From contig CAOVHW010000004.1 in assembly GCA_948543815.1 (NCBI GenBank), positions 10,079 to 74,078 on the forward strand: a stretch of 64,000 nucleotides of DNA. The letters run 5' to 3'. Made by a program: the position numbers and the translations under genes. The stretch comes from an uncultured Eubacteriales bacterium. GTDB taxonomy: Bacteria; Bacillota; Clostridia; Lachnospirales; CAMVHY01. Under the pieces are notes generated by a model. The model was not told where the DNA came from. It was given only the letters and a program-made list of their open reading frames with translations, and did not search any database. Shown here piece after piece: positions 50,121 to 58,213 of the stretch. Every line of letters starts with the position of its first letter. Position 1 is the first letter of the stretch.

Positions 50121-50195
50121 AAATATATTTACTTCACAAATATAATTATTACTAATTATATTTTTATTAAATTGAATTTATATTCAATAAAATTA

Positions 50196-51293
50196 TTATG
50201 ATTCAGATGCATCTGAATTTTCAATATAAATTTGAGGAGATTCGGTAGTTTCATCTTCTTTTATTGTATCTTTTAAACCAAACTTTCTATACAAATAAAC
50301 TCGAATTTCTTTTACATCATTATCTATTTTAAAATTTCGTGAATAGCTATTAAAATCTTCTTTCTCAACTTTTAAACTATGTTCGCCGTAATTTAATAAT
50401 ATTGGTTCAGAAGCGGAAGATTTTTTATCATCGATATAAACTGTACAATCATCTTCATTTATTTTTAATTTAAGTATTCCGAATTTGAATTGTACGTTTG
50501 ACAAATCTAATTCAACTTTACTATTGTCGTTTATAAAAAAATCTTTGTTATATGTTTCGATATTGTCGCCGGTAATTGAAATATTGTGATGGCCTTCAGG
50601 TAATTCCAAAGTTTTTGTATCGATGAGGAGCATTGGCGATTTTGAATCAACTTTCAAAATTCCACCAACTATTTTATCGGCGTTTAAAAAATTTACAGTT
50701 CCATAGCCTTTATTAATTTCTATCGCGCAAATATTTTCATCGATACCGCAAATTGTAATAACGCTAAGAGGATTTATTTGTCTAATGTCATACAAATTAT
50801 CTTTATACATTACGAGGATATTTTCACCGAATGAATATTTTTTACCGTCGTAGTAAAAATAATTTGAATTATAATCGAATTTAAAATTATTTACGTGGCT
50901 TTTTTTCCATGAATTTTTATTTATAGTTAAAGATTTTATTTTGGAATTATCGGAAACGGCGTCAACAATCATACCGATAGAAAGTTTTGAGCGTGGTATT
51001 GTAAAATTATCTTTATCATAAATTTCTACGTTGTCACTAATTTTTATAAAACTTTCTGTATTCATGTTAAAAATTTTTATCGAATCGTTATCAATTTTAT
51101 TTATAACTGCTGTAAATTTATTTATTGTTGGAAGAGTTGGAGCGGCTTGTTGAGTTTCAGGCGTAGTAGAAAAAAAATTAAATGCAAAATAAAATGACCC
51201 ACAGAAAATAAATATTCCAATCCCAAGCGTTATTAAATAAAAAATTATAGGGTTACTTCTTTCTCGTTTTTCTTTTCGCATTTTTTTCACCAA
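50196..51293 (-). CDS. Membrane-anchored protein with PEGA-like beta domains
   Basis: An N-terminal basic stretch plus a TM segment (NPIIFYLITLGIGIFIFCGSFYFAF). The C-terminal repeats end in PEGA-like segments (LELPEGHHNISITG, LLNYGEHSLKVEKEDFNSY). Confidence 0.6.
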   Translation of the reverse strand: MVKKMRKEKRERSNPIIFYLITLGIGIFIFCGSFYFAFNFFSTTPETQQAAPTLPTINKFTAVINKIDNDSIKIFNMNTESFIKISDNVEIYDKDNFTIPRSKLSIGMIVDAVSDNSKIKSLTINKNSWKKSHVNNFKFDYNSNYFYYDGKKYSFGENILVMYKDNLYDIRQINPLSVITICGIDENICAIEINKGYGTVNFLNADKIVGGILKVDSKSPMLLIDTKTLELPEGHHNISITGDNIETYNKDFFINDNSKVELDLSNVQFKFGILKLKINEDDCTVYIDDKKSSASEPILLNYGEHSLKVEKEDFNSYSRNFKIDNDVKEIRVYLYRKFGLKDTIKEDETTESPQIYIENSDASES

Positions 51294-51384
51294 AAATTTT
51301 TTTTTAATATGTTATTGCAAAAAAAATCCTCAGTCAAGTTTTTACATTTTTATGATATAATTTTATCGTAAAAGGAGATTTTAA

Positions 51385-52092
51385 ATGAGATTACAAAAAT
51401 TTTTATCTGCTGCCGGTATCGCTTCACGTAGAAAATCTGAGGAATTAATAAAAAATGGATTGGTAAAAGTTAATGGCAAAATCGTTACCGAATTAGGAAT
51501 AAAAATTTCCCCATATGATAGTATCTCTTATCGTGGTAAACAATTAAAATTGCAAAAACATATTTACATTATGCTCAATAAACCTGTGGGATATGTTACA
51601 ACTTTACACGATGAGTTTAATCGTCCAAATATTTTACAGCTTGTGAAAATTCCGCAGCGAATATTTCCAGTAGGTCGCCTCGATTATAATACTTCGGGGC
51701 TTTTATTATTAACAAATGATGGTGAATTGACGTACAAATTAACGCACCCTAAGCATAATATAAATAAGACATACGTGGCGAAAATTAAAGGTGAAATTAA
51801 AAAAAATGAGTGCAATCAATTCGAAAACGGATTGATTATCAATGGACGTAAGACTGCTCCGGCACAAATTAAAATTATTAACTCAAACAAATTTTATTCT
51901 GTCGTGCAAATAAAAATTCATGAAGGCCGTAATCGTCAAATTAGAAAAATGTGTGTGGCTATCAATCATCCTGTGATTGAATTGAAACGAACTCGCATTG
52001 GCAAATTAAAATTGGATGTCAATAGTGGTTGTTACAGAATTTTAACGGGAAATGAAATCGATTATCTCAAATCTTTAGAAGGTGAGAAATAG
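51385..52092 (+). CDS. rluB: Pseudouridine synthase, RsuA/RluB family, with an S4 domain
   Basis: S4 domain MRLQKFLSAAGIASRRKSEELIKNGLVKVNG. Catalytic motif VGRLDYNTSGLLLLTNDG. Confidence 0.85.
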   Translation: MRLQKFLSAAGIASRRKSEELIKNGLVKVNGKIVTELGIKISPYDSISYRGKQLKLQKHIYIMLNKPVGYVTTLHDEFNRPNILQLVKIPQRIFPVGRLDYNTSGLLLLTNDGELTYKLTHPKHNINKTYVAKIKGEIKKNECNQFENGLIINGRKTAPAQIKIINSNKFYSVVQIKIHEGRNRQIRKMCVAINHPVIELKRTRIGKLKLDVNSGCYRILTGNEIDYLKSLEGEK

Positions 52093-53331
52093 ATGCGAAA
52101 AATTTCGCTGGCAAAAAAAATTTTCATCGCGCTTATTCTTGGTTGTGTGTGTGGAATAATTTTTAATCTTGTGCCAAAAAATTTTGATATTTTACTTGAA
52201 ATTATAAATTTAATCGGACAAATTTTTACGAATTTAATTAAGTCAATGGTTGTGCCATTAGTTTTTGTAAGCATTGCACTTGGTATTGCATTGATTGGAG
52301 ATTTAAAAAAGTTGGGGAGTGTCGGTTCAAAAATTATTGCGTTTTATTTTGGGACGACAGCTTTAGCAGTAAGTTTCGCAATTTTTTTTGCCAAGCTTAT
52401 AAATCCTGATACGAGTTTTTATATTAAAAATGTTCCGGAAATTTCGGCAGATATTCATGAAAAAATAAGTGTGTCGAAAATTATTTTGGACATAATTCCG
52501 ACAAATCCTATTGAAGCTTTGGCAAAGGGAAGTATGTTGCAAATTATTTTTTTTGCGATATTGATAGGGATTGGGATAACGCTTGCAAATGAAAAAGGTA
52601 CGCCGGTAAAAAAATTATTTGAGTCACTCAACGAAATTAATTTAAAACTTGTAGCAATGATAATGAATTTTGCGCCGATCGGTGTTTTCGCATTGATTAC
52701 TTATTCTTTCGCAAGCTTTGGATTAGATATTATCCCATCGATTTCAAAATATTTGTTTGTAACGTATTTGGCACTGTTTTTTCACGCAGTCGTTATTTAT
52801 AATTTAATGCTAAAGATTTGGACGAAGCTTGATATTAAAAAATTTTGGAAGAAATTTTGGCCGGTAGCAGGTGTAGCTTTTTCAACTTCATCGTCAAATG
52901 CAGCATTGCCGATTTCAATTGAAGCAGCAGATAAGATGGGAGTTTCGCGTGATATTTCATCGTTTACATTATCGCTCGGTTCGACAATAAATATGAATGG
53001 AACAGCAATTATGCATGGAATAACGGTAATTTTTTTGGCGAATGTCTATCATATAGATTTAAATATTTCAGATTTAATTAAAGTTGTTTTGATGTCGACA
53101 CTAGCATCTGTTGGAACGGCAGGGGTTCCTGGAGTTGGAATGTTAATGCTGGCAATGGTTTTGGAACTCGCAAATATTCCTGTTAGTGCAATAGGTTTAG
53201 TACTTGGTATCGATAGGATTCTTGATGCGGGTAGGACCGTAGTAAATGTTATGGGAGATTGCGTTTGTACTCTTATTGTTGCGGTAATGGAAAATGATTT
53301 AGATGAAAAAAAATTTAATGCAGATGCATAA
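52093..53331 (+). CDS. Dicarboxylate/amino acid:cation symporter (DAACS family)
   Basis: 412 aa polytopic protein with AFSTSSSNAALP, GTAGVPG and DRILDAGRTVVNVMGD. The ATG directly abuts the rluB stop. Confidence 0.85.
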   Translation: MRKISLAKKIFIALILGCVCGIIFNLVPKNFDILLEIINLIGQIFTNLIKSMVVPLVFVSIALGIALIGDLKKLGSVGSKIIAFYFGTTALAVSFAIFFAKLINPDTSFYIKNVPEISADIHEKISVSKIILDIIPTNPIEALAKGSMLQIIFFAILIGIGITLANEKGTPVKKLFESLNEINLKLVAMIMNFAPIGVFALITYSFASFGLDIIPSISKYLFVTYLALFFHAVVIYNLMLKIWTKLDIKKFWKKFWPVAGVAFSTSSSNAALPISIEAADKMGVSRDISSFTLSLGSTINMNGTAIMHGITVIFLANVYHIDLNISDLIKVVLMSTLASVGTAGVPGVGMLMLAMVLELANIPVSAIGLVLGIDRILDAGRTVVNVMGDCVCTLIVAVMENDLDEKKFNADA

Positions 53332-53424
53332 AAAAATTTTTGTGCGCAATAATATTTATCGTAGAGATAAAAATCCTCTATGTTTTTAGTTCGCACTTTA
53401 TTGAGCGAAGGGAGGTTAATTATT

Positions 53425-53499
53425 ATGAACGATAATAAAAATGATAAGTATACTGAAGAAGCAAATTCTTCTGACAAAAAAAATAAAAATAGTAAATAA
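53425..53499 (+). CDS. Candidate 24-aa hydrophilic micro-protein (MNDNKNDKYTEEANSSDKKNKNSK)
   Basis: A strong RBS GAAGGGAGG lies 9 nt before the ATG. The stop is followed 4 nt later by a 15-bp terminator stem. It is too short to validate by composition. Confidence 0.35.
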   Translation: MNDNKNDKYTEEANSSDKKNKNSK

Positions 53500-53503
53500 T
53501 AAA

Positions 53504-53541
53504 AAGGAATGCAAACTTATGGAGCTAAGTTTGCATTCCTT
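53504..53541. terminator. Bidirectional terminator hairpin (15-bp stem)
   Basis: aaggaatgcaaactt (53504-53518) pairs with aagtttgcattcctt (53527-53541) around an 8-nt loop. It lies between the micro-ORF (+) and the 706-aa orphan (-). Confidence 0.75.
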
Positions 53542-53548
53542 ATTTCTT

Positions 53549-55660
53549 TTATATATCTGAATATTTTTCTGTTCTTTCTGAATATTTATATTGATTTGGT
53601 TTACCGTTGCCTTTATAAATTTCATTCGTTTGTTTAGTTTTATCTGATTTATTTTTTTCTGTGGAAATTTTCTTTTTTGATAAATTATGCAGATTTTTTC
53701 TTGATTGCAAATATTCATTAATGAATAGCCAACCAAAAGCAATACCGGCACCGATAGTTAAAATTAATCCTGCAGCAATAGATGACAATATTTCAAGTCC
53801 AAGCAATACAAACGGTGGAAAAAATAATGATATTAAGAGTGCTAATGATATTGCAGCTATTATAAATGCTATAGGTGATATTACTAAAAATATTTTGCTT
53901 CTTTTAGTTTCTTCTCTTTTTTTTAGAATTTTATATTCACATTTTTTCATAGAATCATAAGCATCAAATGTTTCTTGGTTATTTGCAAAAGCATTTGATA
54001 TAGAATCTACAATATTATCTAATTCTTCAGGATATTGTTGAAAAACAGAAGCAATAAAATTTAGTTTTTCCAAATCAAGCTCATCTAAAGAATTTTTTAA
54101 AAAATCTTCTTGTTCTTGTGAGAAATTATGATTGTTGCTTGATACTACTAATGAGCAAATTCCTTTTGCAATTTCTTTTTTGTCATAATTTTTAGTATGA
54201 TAATTAAAATTTGATGAATTAAGATTAGCAATATAATCAAATTTAGAATTATCATCCTGACTTATTGCTATTTCAATCAATAATTTATTGCTTAGTAAAA
54301 GTTTATCAATTTCATTTTCTTTTGTTGGATTTATTTTAGAAAAAAATTTCACTAATGAATAACAATGTTTTCTTGTGGCATTTCCAAAATTTTCAAAATA
54401 AACATAAGGTTTGTAATCCAAATAATTTGTGAACATAAATTTATCAATTCGCATTATAGCTGAGTAATATTTTGAAATTTTTATGTTGGAAATTAATTGT
54501 TCGTAATCGTTGCAATCAGCAAATTCATTTGGCATGAATATAAAAGCAAATAGTAAATCATTTATTTTTTCCGGATTTTCTAAGACGTAGCGTTTAAATT
54601 CATCTGAACGAAATTTTTCTCTAGCTTTGTTATAAATTGGTGAATTTGAATTTAGGTGGAAACGCATAAGATTTTGCAGAATAATCGAATTTTCAAGCCA
54701 AATTTTCATATAAAAATTTTTTGTTAATTCATTAGGTTGCTCATTACTTTCAAAAAAAATTCTATCAAAATGACAAGTTATAAATCTTGATTCCAAATAA
54801 TTTGTAGCGTAATAAAAATCTTCAAAGTACTCATGTTCAGAACTAATGAATTCAAAAAGACTAAATGTTTGTTCTATATTATCTTCAGTGTATTTTTTTT
54901 CAAGAATTTCTCTCTTGGAAATTTCTTCTTCAATACTAAGTGTTCCGTGAGCTGTAAAGTTGTCTTTTGTTTGAACATATATAATAGAAAATTTTTCAAA
55001 ATCAATATCTCTTGACATTTCTTTAATATTTTTTCCCTTACTTGATAAATAATAAGATCCTTGAGAGGTTTGTGGGAAACAATCATTTATGTAAGGAATT
55101 TTTTCTATTTCGGTATTCCAGAATTCCAAATACTTTTTTTTAAATTCTTCAAGCATTGGTATATATTTTTCATTTTTTTTGAGATTTTTTATATAAGTTT
55201 CAGGATTTCTAGAAGTAAACATTTCTTGTACTAATTTATTAAAATCATTAACTTTTTCATTATCAATATAAAATGATAAATTGAAATGTAAATAATCAAG
55301 TATACTTATATTTATAGAAATATTCATAACTTCAAATCGGAAATAGAAAAATTCATTTAGCATATCCTTCATATTTTTTTGGTTTAAGATTCGATTAATT
55401 TTTTTAAAATTATCTGAAGAAGGATTTGCAAAAATAGGTCTAAGTACATCAACAAGAAAATGTAGATCAAATTTTTCATCTTTTTTGAATATAGAGAAAT
55501 TTTTATCCAAACAATCTACCAAATAAAATATTGTTCTCATGAAAAGCCACTCAGCATCTTTGATTTGTTTGTCGATTTGTTCATATTCAGATGTATTTTG
55601 TTGCATGTTTTTCCGGCATTGTACCAAATCAAAAAAATCAATATTTTGTGGCTCATTCAT
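53549..55660 (-). CDS. Orphan tail-anchored protein of about 703 aa. Function unknown.
   Basis: Long ORF. I prefer the ATG at 55660 (MNEPQNIDFF), 9 nt after GGAG, which itself directly follows the cysS stop. A 57-aa hydrophobic block (about 53723..53893, IFLVISPIAFIIAAISLALLISLFFPPFVLLGLEILSSIAAGLILTIGAGIAFGWLF) is followed by a 57-aa Lys-rich tail. Confidence 0.85.
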   Translation of the reverse strand: MNEPQNIDFFDLVQCRKNMQQNTSEYEQIDKQIKDAEWLFMRTIFYLVDCLDKNFSIFKKDEKFDLHFLVDVLRPIFANPSSDNFKKINRILNQKNMKDMLNEFFYFRFEVMNISINISILDYLHFNLSFYIDNEKVNDFNKLVQEMFTSRNPETYIKNLKKNEKYIPMLEEFKKKYLEFWNTEIEKIPYINDCFPQTSQGSYYLSSKGKNIKEMSRDIDFEKFSIIYVQTKDNFTAHGTLSIEEEISKREILEKKYTEDNIEQTFSLFEFISSEHEYFEDFYYATNYLESRFITCHFDRIFFESNEQPNELTKNFYMKIWLENSIILQNLMRFHLNSNSPIYNKAREKFRSDEFKRYVLENPEKINDLLFAFIFMPNEFADCNDYEQLISNIKISKYYSAIMRIDKFMFTNYLDYKPYVYFENFGNATRKHCYSLVKFFSKINPTKENEIDKLLLSNKLLIEIAISQDDNSKFDYIANLNSSNFNYHTKNYDKKEIAKGICSLVVSSNNHNFSQEQEDFLKNSLDELDLEKLNFIASVFQQYPEELDNIVDSISNAFANNQETFDAYDSMKKCEYKILKKREETKRSKIFLVISPIAFIIAAISLALLISLFFPPFVLLGLEILSSIAAGLILTIGAGIAFGWLFINEYLQSRKNLHNLSKKKISTEKNKSDKTKQTNEIYKGNGKPNQYKYSERTEKYSDI

Positions 55661-55672
55661 GATCAACATCTC

Positions 55673-57058
55673 CTATTGATTTATTTTTTTCCAACGTGTT
55701 CCATTCGGAGTATCCTCCAAAATAATTCCCATTGCCGACAATTTATTTCGTATTTCATCGGCGAGTTGCCAATTTTTATTTTTCTTAGCTTTTGTACGTT
55801 CATCTATTAAATTTATTATATCAAAATTTTCATTATTTTTGAAATCAAATTCCAAGCCAAGAATTTTACAAAGCAAAATAATTTTGTTAGAAACGTAGAG
55901 CGCAAATTTTTTTGAAGATTTTTGATTTATATTTGAGTTTGCAAAACGTACCAAATCAAAAATTATACCGATAGCTCCGGCGGTATTAAAATCGTCATCC
56001 ATATTTTTTTCAAAAAGTTCAACATATTTGTTGCATTGCTTATACAAATCATTTTGTGGCTCATCATTTAAATTTTCGAGCATAAAATTTATGTTAAACA
56101 AACATGTCTTTATACGTTCGAGAGAAGTTTTTGCGGCCTCTAATTGTTCATCAGAAAAATTTATTGGATTACGATAGTGAACGCTTAAAATAAAAAATCG
56201 GATTACGTCATACGAAAATTTTTCAGCAATTTGACGAATAGTGAAAAAATTTCCTTTTGACTTTGACATTTTTTCATTGTCAACATTTATAAATCCATTA
56301 TGTAGCCAATAGTTTACAAATTTTTCACCGCTATATGCTTCGCTTTGGGCAATTTCATTTTCATGATGTGGGAAAATTAAATCTTCACCGCCAGCATGAA
56401 TATCAATTTTTGTTCCCAAATATTTTTTTACAATTGCACAGCATTCAGTATGCCAACCGGGCCGCCCAAATCCCCATGGTGATTCCCATTTTGGTTCGCC
56501 AATTTTGTATGGTTTCCACAAAACAAAATCGGTAGGATTTTTTTTATTTTCATCCTGTGAAATTCGATTGCCAGCAATTAAATCATCAATGTTTTTTCGT
56601 GAAAGTTCACCGTAATTTTTAAATTTGTTTGTATCAAAATAAACTGTACCGCTTTTTTCGTACGCATAACCTTTTGCAATAAGAGTTGAAATTAACTCAA
56701 TCATTTCGGGGATTACTGCCGTCGCACGCGGATTTATTGATGGTTCAATATTTAAATTTTTAGCATCAATTAATGCTTCTTTGATAAATTTTTCGGCAAT
56801 CTCACTCGTAGTTTTGTCCTCAGATTTTGCGCGTGCAATTATTTTGTCATCTATGTCGGTGAAATTTTGCACGTATGTAACTTCAAATCCTTTGTATTCC
56901 AAATAGCGACGAATCGTATCAAAAACTACATATGGGCGCGCATTACCGATATGTAAATAATCATAGACGGTCGGTCCACAAACATACATTGAAATTTTAT
57001 TAGGAACAATCGGTGTAAAAATTTCTTTTCGGCGCGTTAATGTGTTGTAAACTTTCAT
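55673..57058 (-). CDS. cysS: Cysteinyl-tRNA synthetase
   Basis: MKVYNTLTRRKE, HIGNARP and KMSKSKGN. The ATG at 57058 follows AAAGGAG. The ORF-track start at 57091 is an upstream extension. Confidence 0.95.
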   Translation of the reverse strand: MKVYNTLTRRKEIFTPIVPNKISMYVCGPTVYDYLHIGNARPYVVFDTIRRYLEYKGFEVTYVQNFTDIDDKIIARAKSEDKTTSEIAEKFIKEALIDAKNLNIEPSINPRATAVIPEMIELISTLIAKGYAYEKSGTVYFDTNKFKNYGELSRKNIDDLIAGNRISQDENKKNPTDFVLWKPYKIGEPKWESPWGFGRPGWHTECCAIVKKYLGTKIDIHAGGEDLIFPHHENEIAQSEAYSGEKFVNYWLHNGFINVDNEKMSKSKGNFFTIRQIAEKFSYDVIRFFILSVHYRNPINFSDEQLEAAKTSLERIKTCLFNINFMLENLNDEPQNDLYKQCNKYVELFEKNMDDDFNTAGAIGIIFDLVRFANSNINQKSSKKFALYVSNKIILLCKILGLEFDFKNNENFDIINLIDERTKAKKNKNWQLADEIRNKLSAMGIILEDTPNGTRWKKINQ

Positions 57059-57093
57059 TGTTAAATCTCCTTTATAATTTTTGTCAAACAAAT

Positions 57094-58074
57094 TTATATT
57101 AAACCGATTTTTCTTTTAACTTTTTGTAATTTTTTATGTGCGATTTCGGAAGCTCTTTGTTTTCCTGTTAAAATTAATTTGTCGATATAATCTTTTTCAT
57201 TTTGTAGCTCGACAAATTTTTTTTGTATTGGTTCTAGCAATTCGATAACTGCTTCGCCAACGTATGTTTTTAATTGTCCATAATTTTTGTCGGAAAAAAA
57301 TTTTTCTGCTTGCTCTATTGATATTTTTTTCGCGCTGCTATATATTTTTAATAAATTTGTAATGCCAGGCTTGTCAGGCGAGCAATAAATTTTGCTATCG
57401 GAATCGGTTACAGCTCGTTTGATTTTATTCATAATTAAATTTGGTTCGTCAAATAAAAATATTACGCCGGTGTCATCAGATTTAGACATTTTTTTTTCTG
57501 GTTGTTGTAGATTCATTATTTTCGCGCCGCTTTCATTTATTAATGGTTCTGGAACGGTGAATGTATCACCATATATTTGATTGAAACGATTGGCAATATC
57601 GCGGCAAATTTCTACATGTTGTTTTTGGTCGGCGCCGGTTGGAACATATTCTGCGTCATATAACAAAATATCTGCGGCCATTAAAACCGGATAGGTAAAT
57701 AATCCTGCATTTATATTGTCACTATGTTTTTGCGATTTGTCTTTAAATTGTGTCATACGATTTAATTCACCCATATATGTGTAACAATTTAATATCCATG
57801 CAAGTTCACAATGTTCATGTACATGAGATTGAAAATAAATAATATTTTTTTCGGGATCGAGTCCAATTGCTAAAAGTAATAGAAACATATCGCGCGAATA
57901 TTTACGAAGTTGAGATGGCTCACGACGTACTGTTAATGAATGCAAATCGGCTATGCTAAATATGCAATTATATTCATTTTGCATATCAACCCAATTTTTT
58001 ATTGCACCTAAATAATTTCCTAATGACGGAATGCCCGAAGATTGAATTGCACTGTAAACATTTTTTTTCTCCAT
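57094..58074 (-). CDS. trpS: Tryptophanyl-tRNA synthetase
   Basis: 326 aa with GIPSLGNYLGA (HIGH-like region), GADQKQH and KMSKS. Confidence 0.95.
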   Translation of the reverse strand: MEKKNVYSAIQSSGIPSLGNYLGAIKNWVDMQNEYNCIFSIADLHSLTVRREPSQLRKYSRDMFLLLLAIGLDPEKNIIYFQSHVHEHCELAWILNCYTYMGELNRMTQFKDKSQKHSDNINAGLFTYPVLMAADILLYDAEYVPTGADQKQHVEICRDIANRFNQIYGDTFTVPEPLINESGAKIMNLQQPEKKMSKSDDTGVIFLFDEPNLIMNKIKRAVTDSDSKIYCSPDKPGITNLLKIYSSAKKISIEQAEKFFSDKNYGQLKTYVGEAVIELLEPIQKKFVELQNEKDYIDKLILTGKQRASEIAHKKLQKVKRKIGLI

Positions 58075-58213
58075 TTTTTATCATCTCCATTTTTTTGAAA
58101 TTATATCAGAAAATATGTTGCCAAAAAATTAATGAAAATTTTTGTGATTCTTGTTAAAAAAGTATATAATATATATAAGTTATAAAATTGATGAAAGTAG
58201 GTGAAAAAATACT

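Noticed and set aside
58142-58170. TTGTGA-17 nt-TATAAT as a promoter for the 795-aa orphan
   Set aside because: The match is plausible, but hexamer matches of this quality occur by chance throughout DNA this A+T-rich, so I did not list it as a feature.
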